From assembly GCA_976551045.1 (NCBI GenBank), contig CDPCPM010000026.1, positions 10,540,001 to 10,604,000 on the forward strand: 64,000 bases of DNA, given 5' to 3'. The position numbers and the translations under genes are program-made. The notes under the pieces were generated by a model, which made no database searches, had not been told where the DNA came from, and saw nothing but the letters and a program-made list of their open reading frames with translations. The stretch is from Glaucostegus cemiculus (taxonomy: Eukaryota). How positions within the stretch are numbered: position 1 is the first letter of the stretch; each line of letters opens with the position of its first letter. Shown here piece after piece: positions 1 to 13,689 of this stretch.

Positions 1-1189
1 CCAAATTCTTTTGCATATTTAACCTTAATAAATGTCAAGCATCTTGGCATATTTAGTTGTTAACATTGGAAACCATCCAACCATGTCTGTGTCATTGAAT
101 GCTTTATACTTCTGCTTTGTCTATATTGTTATGAGTATTTTGCATGTTGAGATAATGTATCTTTAATATTAATCTTTTACAATTTTTCCTTGATATGGTC
201 ATATTTCATATTTGTTGAATGGTTTTTGACAAGATTACTGGTGTAGACTCTATTTGGTGCAGTATAAAGGTTGTTAAAGACTCTTTAACCCATTGCACAT
301 TTCCCTTTCCATAGAGCTGAGTGCATCAAGGAAAATAAGGTGGTCTGGACCCTTTGGGTTGGAAGAGAGAGAAGTCAGACTGACTAAGTACTTGGGCAAA
401 GAAATTGGGGCTTTCATGGGAAGCGGGTTCCCAGAGAGTGGGCCTTCATTGGTTTCTTCATTTTTAAAAATGAAAGAAAGGAGCCTATTTTGTGCTCCAT
501 TCATTGAACTGGTACCCAGTACAAGGGACCTCTACGAACATAAAACAGTGCTGTATGTGATGGGACAAATGTAGAAGACACAGCACAGGTGTTTTGCAAC
601 TCCATTTGTCTAAATGAATTCCAGGAGTGACACAATTTGACCTAGAATCATTTGCAACCAGGTTTTTTTAAGGAGACATTTGTGATTTTTCAGGTACAAT
701 TTGATTTCAAGGCAAATATCCCTTCCTTTTACACTCTGCTTTCCAAAACCCAGATTGCTGGCCTTGAATTTTCTTTTCAATAACTTTCCTTCACCTAAAG
801 CTCAAAGCCCTAGTCACACAATTTAGCAGGGCATTGGTCCCAAGGGCCAGCTCCCTCTTTTTCTGGTACAGGTGAAATAAAATGAAATATCTGTATCTTA
901 CATGATTCTTTGAGCCATACATTCAATTCTTTAATCTGCTGGAGCAAACTCTTAAGGTTCTGTATTGAATTTTAGACCCAGCTGCTCAAATTTAGCAGGG
1001 CCTAATTTCTGGTTTCACCAAAGTTGTTAGTTTCCACATGGGCCAGGTGATGGGATAATTTTCACCCTGAAGTTAATTTTTCTTAAATGTTTTAAAATAT
1101 TTGAGCACTTGATTGGGCATGGCGGATATTTTTAGATTTGTAGACTGTATGAGCTAATTGTTAGAAACAAGTAGTGTAAAACTTAGACA

Positions 1190-1340
1190 GGAGACACAAC
1201 AGACTGTAGATGCAGGAATCTGGAGCAACAAACGAGGCTGGAGGAACTCAAGAGGTCAGGCACATCTGTGGAGAAAAATGGACAGTTGACATCCATTTCC
1301 CTCCAGAGATGCTGCCTGGCCTGCTGAGTTCCTCCAGCAT
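1190..1340. mobile_element. Short fold-back element derived from a Penelope-like element terminus (family A)
   Basis: Arms GCTGGAGGAACTCA..GGTCAGGCA..CATCTGTGGAG..AAATGGA (1237-1283) and TCCATTTCCCTCCAGAGATGCTGCCTGGCCTGCTGAGTTCCTCCAGC (1292-1338) are inverted complements. The same sequence ends the PLE at 33400-33470. Confidence 0.8.
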
Positions 1341-4300
1341 GTAAAACGTACATAGATATTTTATTTGGTGTAACAGCCACCATGTGTAATAATTTTACTA
1401 ATGTAAAATTATAAATGTTGACAAAACTGAAATCTCAATCAGGATTTTTAATCTTTAATATTTTAAAATATATTGTTGTTAATAAAACTAACAAAGGGCT
1501 AACACAACAGGAACCACAACTTTCAGAAAAACCATATATCACTGGCTCCCAGTTGAAGTTGCTGTGCCATTTACCTATGAATAGCAGTGGGCTCTACTGG
1601 CTTCGTCATCATTTTTACTGCCTCTTTAGCAAGCATTGTAATTGTGAATGTGTATATGTAACAGGGTCCTCCAAATTGCTTCATCTTGCTGAAAGGACTC
1701 AGTTTGTTCAATAAAGATGAAGTTAGCATCAAGTTCATTTTGTTCTGTCTACATACTCAATGTTGGGCCCCACGGTGTGGGGGAAAAACACATATCTGTG
1801 AGCCACATGCATGCTCTGGATTAGCATTTGTTGAAAATAATTTGTTTCGAGTTCTAATAATTCTTAAAGGTGCTATTTACAAAAATGTCATTTTTAAATC
1901 ACGTTATTTTATATGTTTTGATTTTGAACAATAATTGTTAAGAAAATGAGCAAATGAGTTTAATTAAGATTGTGCATTATTATAGATTCTGAGAATAAAA
2001 AAATAAAAATCATAAATATTCTGAAGTCAAAAGCAGTGGTCAGTAAGAGATGCGGATCTTTTTTTTATTGTATAAGTGAAGTTCCAAATGTACCATTGTG
2101 AGACCATCTCCTTCGAAGTTGGATTAATAGAAAAGGAAGTAATTCAGATTTAAAAATGCAAGCAGTTGGTAAATATCAGCAAACCTGCCTCGTTTGTTGA
2201 ATTATAATCTTTTTCCAGTATTTATTTCCTTATTTGCAAAATATTAATCTGTCTAAGATATTGCTTTTGCATTGCTATTGTTTTGTAAAACTGAGAGCCC
2301 CAAACTCATCTGCTACTTCACAGTACTGGTGGTTTAAAATAAAATGCTACTGCTTGCTGGCTGCCCGTAATGAGAGTGTAATAAACTTTCATGAGAATTA
2401 AACAATATCTAATCAAGTCCTGAAAGGGATTGTATATTTCTATAAAAGACTTGGACAGTTATCTTGCAGAAATGCTGCAAAAGATTAAATTTGGTATTCA
2501 CTTGTCAGGAGTGCATTTCCCTTCCAATATCCTCTACTAATTTCCTCATTTCCCATTAAGGATTGAATTCTTTACTGTACAAATTCCTTCGACAACAGGT
2601 GGCTGCTAACATCTCACTCAAATCACCATTGTTCATGCTTGACACTTGACAGAAAAGTATTTTTACTCTGAACCTGTTTCATTGTCCTTCCTTTTGTGTT
2701 TTGCAAAAGCTTAACTGGATATCAATCAAGAGGAATGCTCTGGCTGATAAAGTCCGTCAAAGCACTTCCACTGTCATTTGGGCTAAGAGTGTACTGAGCA
2801 CTGATATAAGATCAGACTTGAAGCTTCTCTCTCCACAATTCATCTCTGAAATAGCATTATTTTGTCATTGATAACCTCTTGCTAACCTGTTCTACACCTA
2901 ATTTGTCCAGTGTTGATAAGGTAACTGCAAATAATGACATTTATTTTCAAATATTTGTCATTTTTCTTGATGACATCTGTTTAGTTATAAATATATAACA
3001 TAGTATGAACATGTATCTTCTGATTCAGTTGCGAAAAATCAGTTTCAGTCTTGTAATCATATTTGATGGCTAGCAAAGGAACTACTTGCATTTTTTGTAT
3101 TTTTTTATTTTTGTCAATGTTACAGTATTATAACAGTTTATAATTTTCTTGGTACCTTTTGTGTTAAGTTGTGATCTCAGTTTCAAGATTTTTCCTTATA
3201 AATGGTGATAAGAGTTTTGAAGTTTCTGACAGCATTCTTATATGTGGCTGTGATTACACTTGTTTAATTTACAGTCTAATATATTGTATTTATATGTGTA
3301 CAAGAACATTGACACAACACCTTTTCTGTAACACTAGTTTGAGCTGTGACAGTGGCTGTCAAGGTGTGATGTTTCTAGTTGTCATTAGCACTGGACTGAC
3401 AGCATGCCTCAATCAATTCACAGCCTTAAAACATCTGTTAGCTCATGCATCAGAGAAAACACTTCATACTAACGCTTAGTTCATTTACTGTGCGTTGAAG
3501 CTTACAATACTGTATCATTTTTGTCACATAATTAACCTTGAAAATTTTTGTGTTATAATTATGATTTACATACATGAAGATTAATTCTGACTTCAAACAT
3601 TATGGTCATGATTGCATTCAGTCAGTTGTGCGACAAATGTTTATCTAAACAGAACTGACTGAGATAGTGGTATTTTGCTTTGCTGTCATACTGTACGTGT
3701 TGGAGTTTGGGCTGAAAATTAAATATTTGTTCATGTTATTTGCAGTTCTCTTTACACAAAGCATGAAAATAATGGTATGTACAATATTGTGTACATTTTA
3801 TATTTTGTATTTTCCGATATTAATTAATTTACACTAACATGTTTGTCACATTTAATCCTTACACCTGGTTTTCTAAGATTGTGTTTAGAATTAGAGTACA
3901 ATGCTGTTGACATCCGTTTAGTTTTTCCTTGGCTTCAAATGCCATTTTGTGAGCTTAATTTTATGCAGCAAGAAAGGCACCATTTAATAAAAGTGCAGAT
4001 AGAGATATAATCAGCAGATCAATTAAATAGTTTGAAGAGCTTCTGAAGTATTTCTGAAAAATAATAATATCGGAATATAATTTGTACAAAGAATATTGTG
4101 AAGTTGAAAGAATGTCGTTGTATATTTCTCTAATTTTAGATTGTAATATGTTTCATTGGAAGGACTAAAGATGTGAACAAATAAATGTTTATTTTTTGAT
4201 GTAACTGTCAAACATAGCAGCTTGCTGAAAAAAAATTGTCCTATTATGATTGTTTGCATAGTCATAAGGTGCAATAAATGAGTTAATTGAATGTAAAAGT

Positions 4301-6012
4301 GTTAAGAATTATCCGTAACATATAGATGTTAATGTACCTATTTCAAGCTGGTGAATTTTGTTTTTGCGTTCAGCTCCACTTAGAATATATTTGGTATTTT
4401 GTTTCCTGTGTAAAAACAGTGCTGGAATTTAGTGCTTACATTCCAGTTTGCGCAGCAATAGCTAACATAGTCTCACATTAGTCTGCCAAACTAGCAGCAC
4501 AGGGGAGAACTTCCTGTGCAGATGATGTGAAAGTGTTTCTGTGATTTCTTCCTCTGTAGCTTTGGGAGATAAAAAGACAAGCCTTTGGGGATTACTCAGG
4601 GGGACTATATTGTATTTATAAAATTGAACTAAGGTATGCAAGTGTATTTGTATTTTGTTGCACTCTGGAGAGTTGTACATGTAGAGAAACATGAATTAGC
4701 ATTTTCCATTTCCATACACTGCATTTAGTGGAGGGACTGCTATTAAGCTTCGAGTTTTCTTTACATTACATTTTAATGGTGCACAAAACAGATGAAGTTC
4801 ATGCCATTTCTTGAGAGCCGCCTTTGCCACCAATTTTATTATAGCAATTTCTTTTAAAAGCATACCACTTCACATTTCACTTTGCCAATGTTATGTGCTC
4901 TAGTGTTCCCATACAGATATAACAAAAGGTTATATTCTTATTCATAATTATGACTGAAAAATCTGTTTGTCATTTATGGGACAAATTTATGACTTGTTAA
5001 TTGCTGTCTAATATTATTGATCCTCTAATAATACATTTGTCTGTTCAACAATGGTTAGGAATAATTTTGACTTGATAATATTAACTTCTACTCTGCTTTA
5101 CATATTGGTACAAAAGTAGAAATTTAGCTTTTCAATCTTGCACCTTTCCATCAGAAAGAAACTCAGTTATATTGGGGGCAAATTTCAGAAGCACATGAGT
5201 GTAAATCTAGTGCTGCAGATATGAGCATTCAATTGTTCAACAATTCTTTTCACTTAAATCAATTGATGAGATTATTGGGTGTTTTTAGCTGACCCAAGAT
5301 AGTGATTTTAAATTCTGGCATAAGATGTATTGATAATTACTCCACTATTAATAAGAAACTCACTCAATAACATTTTCATAACATGCAAAACATGCAATTT
5401 ATTCTTGCTTAACTTCTGCCATTGACATTTGAGGTGGATCTGCACTCAGAGAAACCAATAAAACAAACTGTATTTCTTATTTTATCAGATGTTCATTTAT
5501 TTCAACAATAAAATGTCTAAAGATTTCTGGGAAATAGATAAGATCAATACAGTAATTTGTAGTACAAAATTAAAACTAGATGCAGAAAATTTGATTAATG
5601 CGGTTTATTTAAAATGTGATTGTCAGGGAGAGAATGAGCTATCATGTTTACAAAATTGGCTTATGTAATAACATATTTTAAATGTAGTCTTATAATACAG
5701 AGCTTATATAGCATGAAGAGATGTGGGTTGACAAGTCATGAAGATTTTCTTTGCTGTTCATTGAAGTACAAAACCTCCCATGGCACAGAGGTAATGCAGC
5801 TCTTTGCTAGCAGCAAGAAAGTCCACTTATAAGCTGGACCAAAGCACAGCCGTCCCTGCAACAAACATGGTTAAAATGTCTACAGCACATGTGACGGTTG
5901 GAACAGGTGTTAAATGACCTCTTGAAAGAAATGATGAAATGCCATACACCACTGCCTTCAAAGCCTACAATAGCACCCTCAACACCTTTATTCTCTTTTT
6001 CTTTGAATGCAG

Positions 6013-6146
6013 ATTTATTTCAATAGTAGATCTTAACAGCGAGGCCCTATTTAACAATGAAATACAGTAGGCAGCAGAAACTTGGTACTTGCCATGTTCT
6101 GCATCCGAAATTACTGGGAGTGAAAACAAGGATAACGCTGCTCATG
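6013..6146 (+). other. Candidate exon, possibly non-coding/5' UTR
   Basis: Long polypyrimidine tract plus GCAG acceptor (CCTTTATTCTCTTTTTCTTTGAATGCAG) and donor ATG|GTAAGA. All three frames contain a stop in the 5' part and no protein is recognisable. Confidence 0.3.
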
Positions 6147-7154
6147 GTAAGAAATGAATTTGATGATACTGTTGAAACCTGCTTGGTTATTGAAACGGGA
6201 GTGTTTAATAACTCTCAAAGCAATGTATTATCTGCAGCAGTAAAATTAATCACGTTTCCAACAAATAGTACTAGCTACAATATTCATGTTCCATTTGCTC
6301 AATGTTCTTGTTTTGTTTGTAAAATGGGTGCTAGGCTTGTTATGTTTACTGCACTTACTTTACCATTGTAGAATATATTATTCTATGATATTAAGCTTAT
6401 TAATACATTTCCATTGTTACTTATTACACACAAAAATTGATATTTGCTATTTTTTTGGATTTGTGGCTGTTTCTGTCACATATCCCCTGTAAGAATTAAG
6501 GGTATGCTGTACTTTTCCCTTTGCATTATCTTCTATGAAGTGCAGTTGGCCTTAATTGCCTCTTTCAGTGCAGTTAAAGATACTGAAATAGATCTCTGGA
6601 CTAATTCCACCTCTGGAGAAAAGTGTCCCATTTGATTTGGTCATATCTGTTGATTGAATATTTATAGTATTGGCTACAAGGAATACAAATGTTTTTAATT
6701 TCTCTGCACAAGCTGCCAGTATGGCCATTAAAGAACGAGGGAGTAATCGCAAAATTGAACTCTTAGAATTTGAGATTGACCAAAAATTACAAGTGGATTC
6801 AGACTTGTAGAAAAGGAAGGAGAAATATGCAGAATTAGGTGGTGAATGCATGGAATTTGTTTACTGGCAAGGTAGTGCAGGTGGATTGTGGTAGTGCATT
6901 GTATGGTTATTTGATGAGAGAAGCAAATGATGGATAAGAAAAAATAATATGATTTTTTTTTAAATTTGCAATAACATCTGAAGGCTTTTTTCTTGAGGAT
7001 TTCGGTGTTCCTATTTTTGTAGGATTATCAGTGAAGACTCTCTTCAATCTCTGAATCTGCTTCAGCACATACAGCAGTGCTCTAGATTGCTAATTTTGAG
7101 AATCAGATTGTTTTTTAACAATCCAAAGAGTATAAGTAACGTGCATACCAACTC

Positions 7155-7530
7155 CTTATGCTCAGTAGAATTCAGAAGAGTGAGAGATGATCTCATTGAA
7201 ATATATAAAGCTGTGAGAGGAATTTTCAGAGAGATGCTAAGGCACTTTTTCCTCTGGTGAGTTTAGAACTGGAATGCATTTTCTCAGAATTTGAGCCTGG
7301 TCATTTGGAGAGGGATGAAGAGAAACTTCATTACTCAAGGGGTTATGGTTCCTTGTAATGGTGTACCCCAGAAGTTTTAGGTCCCTTGTCATTGATATAT
7401 TCAAGGCAGTGATCCATAGAATTTTGGGCAAAGTAGACGGGAATTAGATGGGAAAATGAATGACGCAAAGGATCAACAGCAAGCAATCTCCGTGAACTAT
7501 GTGGCTATCATTGCAACTAGCTTTTTGTTC
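7155..7530 (+). mobile_element. Old CR1 LINE 3' fragment
   Basis: GAATTCAGAAGAGTGAGAGATGATCTCATTGAAATATATAAA reads EFRRVRDDLIEIYK, matching the CR1 C-terminus LERRRMRGDLIEVFK seen in the 46.7 kb copy. Confidence 0.75.
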
Positions 7531-8367
7531 TTTTGCTAGCTCTTCATGTTTTTGAGTCCAATATTGATTTGTCTGTATATGTGGTTTAAACAAAATTAGA
7601 GAAATCACTCATAAGGCACTCTTTTTCTCAATCCGCATTTCTCTCTGTGCACGTACCAACACTGTTTCTGCTGCGATTGTGAATTGTAGAAGGGGATTTA
7701 CTGAACAGCTGCCAGTCAGCCGAACATCGGTTGTTTTCCACCTCAGAATCCTCGGAACCAGAGAGGATGCAAGTCATCCTCTCCTGAGGGACTGCCCACA
7801 AGAGAGGAAAAAAATCATCAATGACACAGACTGTGATAGAAGCAGAACTTTAAGCAATCAAACTGAAATTTAATTGTATTTTGTCTTAGCTGTTTTACCA
7901 CCAAAGTTTTGTCAAATCCAACCAAGTCTAGCACAGCAGAGAAAGAACCAAGTGGGAGGTGGAAGATTGAAATTGATAAATCCCATTCTTAACCAGAGAA
8001 ATAAATTAGCATAATAGAATTTTACACAAATCTAATCCAAGCAGAGCCCAACACTGGCTACTCATGAAATGTACAGAAGCATACCTTATGACAAGTAAAC
8101 AATGTTCTGAAAAGATGAAGTTTCTACAATCTTGGCTATGTGTTGCAAGGCAATGGACTGTAATCTAATTGTATACTTTTGTGGTCCAACAGAGCTGTGA
8201 TGGGTCTCTTTGTGGCTGGGATTGACGAGATTCCCACCTGGAGCATCCTGTGATTTGGAAACAATAGAGTTAGGCAGCCACGAATAAAATGCAACAGCAA
8301 GATGCAATTTGTTACTTCAATGGGAGGAATGTAGGGTTGCTGTCCTAATTAGTGCAAACTTAAAAAC

Positions 8368-9090
8368 AAGGAGCAGGAGTGGGCTCTTTATCCCATCACA
8401 CTTGCTCTGTCATTCATAAAGATCACAGCTGATTTTTTCTGTCAGTGTTTTCTTGCACTAATCCCTTTTCCCTAAAACATAAAAATGTATTGATCTCTAT
8501 CTTGAATATATCAGCAGCTAACCATCTACAACCCTTTTGGGCAATGAATTCCAAAGATCAAGACTATCCAGAGGAACAAACTATGTCCTGGAAAGCAGAT
8601 CCTTGGTTCTAGACTCCTGGTTCTTGTCAGGGAATACATCAGTTCTGCATTCTATCTTAATTTGTCAGAATTTCTAATGATATCATACTCAAGAGGATAC
8701 AGGCCAGGTCTGGTTAATTTCACTTTATATAAGAAATTTTCCATCCTAATATCCATGGTAAGTATTTGTTACACTCCTTTTACAAGGACATCCTTCCTGA
8801 GAGAGGGAGAGATAGAGAAGACCAATACACAATATTCTAGATGCAGTCCCAGGGTCAATATATTTGTATTTCTAAATGCTTGTGCTGCTTGCAGACCAAC
8901 TTTTAGTGATTTGTGTAAACCCAGGTCCCCTGGATGCAAATACCATTCATTTTCTCAAAACATAAAAATGCTCTGCTTTGCCATTCTTTCTACCAAGGCA
9001 GATGACCTCATATTTTTCCACATTATATTCCACCTGCAATATTCTTGCCCATTTACTTGGCTGCGATGTCTTTTACGTTTTGCCAGTCCT
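8368..9090 (-). mobile_element. Old CR1 LINE 3' fragment
   Basis: Begins with reverse-complemented CR1 3' tail (AGGAGCAGGAGTGGGC...), followed by decayed antisense RT C-terminal sequence. Confidence 0.7.
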
Positions 9091-9444
9091 TATCTAACGG
9101 GAATATCTATTCCCTCAATGACCAATTAGACTATTGCTGTAACATTCCTGCATTGTGCCAGATAATACCATGCTATACCATGCCAGCCAGTAATGTCCTA
9201 TCTTGATAGTTTCCAAGATTCCTGATTGCACTATTTCATCAATCTCATTACAGGTTAGGACTAATTTAGTTTTGATTTAGTTTTCCAGTGTTTGTTTTAT
9301 CTCTAATCTCTTTTTTTTTAAATAATCTTTGTAGAAAGATCTCAGCTTTGTGGCGAGAGTTGATGGGAATGTGAGGAGAATAAAGTAACATTATATTCTT
9401 GACAGTGGCTTCTCTTCCCATTCCTGAATTCCATCTGCTTCCAT

Positions 9445-10915
9445 CATAAAAATATAGGAATAATTTCAGAAGCAGGAATCCCTGATGCGAACTCCAAATT
9501 CAATAAGATTATAGCCAATGCTGTACCTCAGGTCCACTTTTCCACCTAGTTCCATTTGCATCCATTTCCTTAGTGTGTAAAATCTGTTGTTCTCAGCCTT
9601 AAATATCCTTGCAAATATTGGGGTGGAAAATTCCTTGGGATTACAGTTTTCTGAGTAAAGGCATTTCCATTTGTCTCAATCCTGCATGGCCGATCTCTTA
9701 AAATGATACCATGTTCTCTCATTACGGTTGTCCAGCCAGAAGAAATTGTTCCTTAATATCTATCTTGTCAATCCTTCTTAGAATTTTGTTTCAATGTGAT
9801 TGCCTCTCTTCCTTCTAACTCAATAAAATCTCATTGCAGGAACCTGAGGCAGTATTGATGTACAGGGGGACCTTGGGGTGCAGGTCCATAGCTCCCTGAA
9901 AGTGGCAACACAAATAGAAAGGGTGGTAAAGAAAGCATACGGTATACTTGCCTTCATCAGTCTCAGGGTATTGAGTACAAAAGTCAGGAAATCATGTTGC
10001 AACAGTAAAAAACTTTGATTAGGCTATATTTGGAATATTGTGTGAAGTTCTGCTTGTCACATTACAGGAAGGATGTGGAGGTTTTGGAGAAGGTGCAGAA
10101 GAGGTTCACTGGGATGTTGGTGTGGATTAGAGAGCATTAGCTATAAAGAGAGATTGGACAAACTTAGATTGTTTTCTGTGGAGTGTTGGACTCTGTAAGG
10201 GGCAACCTGATAGAAGTATATAAAATTAAGGGAGGTATAAGGGTACCCTCTCTTTCCCAGGGTGGAAATATCAAATACTAGAGGAAGTAGAGTTGAGAAA
10301 GGGAAAGTTTAAAGGAGATGTCCAGGGCAAATTCTTTTTTTTTTTACAAAGATAGTGCTGGATGAGTGGAGTGCACCACTGGGGGAGGTGGTGGAAGCAG
10401 ATACATTAGTGACATTTAAGGGGCATTTAGACAGTCACATGAAGCGGCAGGGATTGAAGGGATTAGTTTAATTTGGCATCATGGTTGGCACAGACAAGGA
10501 CCTATTCCTTTGCTGAACTGTTCTGTAGAATGCTATCTCCTTATGTTCCATATGTCCTCATGTTCCCACAGAACAATACCCTGTTCTCAGGAATTAATCC
10601 AATAATTCTATTCTGTGTCATCAAGACAAAATTATCCTTCCTTTTTTATGGAGACCAAAATCCAGGTGTAGTCTTATTAAGCAATACACAATTACAACAA
10701 GATTTTTACTTAGATGCTTGTGGTGAAGGGCAAAATATCATTCACCTATTAAACTGCTTGCTGTAGCTCAGTGTTAATTTACTGTATTTCTTGAAACAGC
10801 ACATTAAAGTTCAGCATTAGTTACTCAACATTTAAAACAAAAACTGTTTTTGTTTTCTTACCAAAATTCAATACCTAACATATAACATTATACTCCAGCT
10901 ACCACCTTATTGCCT
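9445..10915 (-). mobile_element. Old CR1 LINE (about 9445-9825 and 10530-10915) interrupted by a younger CR1
   Basis: Antisense CR1 sequence breaks at CCTTCTAACTCAA (~9823) and resumes collinearly at ~10530 (ATCTCCTT...CAGGAATTAATCC...GGAGACCAAAA). Confidence 0.65.
9833..10525 (+). mobile_element. CR1 LINE 3' fragment nested in an older CR1
   Basis: Reads SIDVQGDLGVQVHSSLKVATQIERVVKKAYGILAFISLRVLS..., YRKDVEVLEKVQKRFT, then a CR1 3' UTR. Clearly homologous to the 46.7 kb ORF. Confidence 0.92.
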
Positions 10916-11419
10916 ATTGACAGGGCATGGCATGGGCAGTCACCAGTGATTTTTGGGGCAATGGAAGATCTGTACCTTAACCCTCAACACTGTATGTCAT
11001 TATTTTATGTAACAAGACTACCATTTTCCATTTTTGTAACAATGCCCAATTAACTCATCTCATCGCAGTTTTTAATGTCTATGTTTATTAACTTTGACTG
11101 TCAATATGCTCTTCTCACCAACTTTTATTTCATAGAGTGCATTCATATGTTATCAACAATTTGGTAATTCAACTATGTTTTGTTTTAACAAAGAGATCCA
11201 AGAATCAAACAGTTGTGTACATTCAGGTCCTTTCTTTGGACCAAACATCAGTACTTAATCAGCTTAATAAAGTGCGAAGTACCAACTTAGTCAACAAAGC
11301 TGACGTTTTCATGTCTGTAATTATCTAGACAGCTAGTTCATTGGCATTATCCCTTAATGCAATCTGTTTGTCCTTATTTTATTTGGAAGGTAGAGCTTTG
11401 AAGTAAATAAAAAAATTAC

Positions 11420-11895
11420 CAGTGGTGAATTGTAGATTCACTTGATTGATTCAGAGGATTGCAAGATTATCTGATGAGGAAAGACATAGTAAGATTTGCT
11501 TATATCATTAGGCTTCAGAAAAATGATCTCTTTTGAAACATAAGAGATTCAGAGAATGATTGATAGGCTACATGCATAATCTGCTGTTTCCTCTGGCTGG
11601 AGAGTCTCAGGGTTAGGACATTGAATGGCAGTAAGTATTTTAGCTATTTAGGACTGAGATGTGAAGAAATTCATTTACTCAATGGCATGCAATTCTTTGG
11701 ATTTCTCTAATCAAGGAGGGTAGTGGGTGCTCAGTCACTGAGTATGTTCAAGGCTGACATTGATATATTTGAGGGTGCCATGGGAATTGAGAGGATGTGG
11801 ATGTGAGCTAAAGGAACTGCCGTAAACTTACTGAATGGCAGCACAAGTTTGAGGAGCACAGATGGCTTTTCCTAACCTCTTAATTCTTGTGTTTT
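11420..11895 (+). mobile_element. Old CR1 LINE 3' fragment
   Basis: TTTAGGACTGAGATGTGAAGAAATTCATTTACTCAA (FRTEM-RN-FTQ motif) and GCTCAGTCACTGAGTATGTTCAAGGCTGACATTGAT, typical of the CR1 3' end. Confidence 0.75.
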
Positions 11896-13261
11896 TATAC
11901 ATTAAATACATGATATGAACTCCATAGAGACCTCTGACTAGGCAGCATAGAGGAAAACCTCTCATATGTGATTCTACTGCACAACTCGTAGGTTATTTTT
12001 CCTGAAGAAGGCAGAGATTTGAGATGTATTATACTTAATGGAACAAGCGAGTGATAACTATCCCCTTAATATGTTAGTCTGAAGAGACATTTATGTGGAT
12101 TTATGCTGACCTAGAGACTGGTGTAGCTTAGAATGTAAGGGCTAGAATTTGCCTTGGGCAGTATTTTAAATTGACCATGTGTCACCCATTGTTCTCGAGG
12201 TATGCTCAGATATAGAAATGAAACCTGACATCACCATGAGCAATTAGAACCCAACCTGAATACTTATAGTCCTTCCCATACCCAACCCAGGTTGTCCTAG
12301 GGCATTTGCAGAAAGCTGGAAAAAAGGTATTCCTTTGCTGCACATACTGTACATTATTATTGATCAGGAACAGATGACACAAGTGGTAATACTAAGTAAA
12401 TCATCTCGGTAAAGGTCTGAACCAGGCCTGTACAAATGACCCAAGCTGACCCAAACCTGAAATGTTTTGACAGAAAACTTACCTGTCCTAGGCAGGCTCT
12501 CTATTCATATACTACTTCCAATATTTTGTTCCAATCCTGCATCATCCCAGTGTTTATCCACAGTCTTGTGTATCTGATTTTTTTTTGATAATTCATATAG
12601 TTCTTCAGTGTATTCAAACTTGATATTGAAAAATCTGCAACTCAGGTCTCATCGCTCAACAATAGTGATTACTCCATCATCTGCAGGACTGTTCCGATAT
12701 TAGTTTTGTTTTCTATATAACTTGCTTTTCATATGAAAAGTTTCCTCTGCACCTGCATCTTTTTGCTTTCTGTCTCAACTGGACCCAACTTGGATCATTC
12801 TCTCCACCATGCTTACTTTCTTTGTTATAGTAATGTGATGCTGTCCTTTTGGAAAAGAACAAAAGAATTATTTCAAAAAGGACCTGTGAGATTACAGAGC
12901 GTCGTGGTACTATATAATGTGAAGCTTGCAGGAATAACTTTTTCTTGTACACTTTGTATTCATATTTCTGACATCAATATATTGGAGTTTCTTTATCTGG
13001 ACAAAGGACCATTTTTTGTAATCAGAAGGGTCAGATTGCCTTTGATTGCCTTTGCTCCCAGCTTCTTTTTGACATTGAACAATGTTTTTTCGAACACTGA
13101 GTCACTTCTAGGATATGTAGTTTCTGATAGCCAGGTGCCTCTGCTGTAAAAATTCAGACCAAGAAAATGGTTTCACCTCCATCGTTTTTTGTATTAGTTA
13201 TCATACTGCTTTATACTTTTCAAATTATCACAGATTAGTTAGCCAGGAAATAGACCATTAT

Positions 13262-13400
13262 GAAAGACTTGCATCCATAGGTGCCTTTTTTCAATTGCAA
13301 GGTGCTTTAAATTCCTTGGAAGTGAAGTCTCTGCTGTACCTTAGGAAATTTCCACAAATTAAGGTCTTACAGGTAGAAATGTGGTAATGACCAGATAATA
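13262..13400 (-). mobile_element. DeuSINE (SacSINE1-like) 3' fragment
   Basis: GAAAGACTTGCAT...GGTAATGACCAGATAAT resembles the reverse complement of the DeuSINE 3' tail seen at 54685-54850 and 63170-63285. Confidence 0.5.
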
Positions 13401-13554
13401 GAATGGAATAAATGTATGTGGTAGTCTTTGAGTGGATCACTCCAGATAGATAAGCCAGGTTAGTACATCTTATCTTGGTGTATTTTATCTTGGCATGCAT
13501 TACCGTGCATGGTCAATTGAGGAAACATGGTTTAAAAAGTTAAAATTTAAAGCA

Positions 13555-13657
13555 TCATGTCTTACTGGGTCTCAAGGCTCCTGTACCCCTTCCCTGATGG
13601 TAGTAACGAGAGGAGGGCATGTCCCACATGGTGAGGGTCCTTCGTGATGGATGAACA
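13555..13657 (-). mobile_element. Rex1/Babar-like LINE C-terminal fragment
   Basis: Minus strand encodes ITKDPHHVGHALLSLLPSGKGYRSL, homologous to IIKDSSHPAHHLFSLLPSKKRFRTF in the 60.4 kb element. Confidence 0.75.
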
Positions 13658-13689
13658 AAGAGAGCTGCATTGTTTTCACTTAATAAGCA

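Noticed and set aside
2710-2920. Possible exon between TTTTGCAAAAG| and AAG|GTAACT, or a 10-nt microexon at 2911-2920
   Set aside because: The longest frame stops after 53 codons, no protein is recognisable, and 10 nt is not frame-preserving. Support is too weak.
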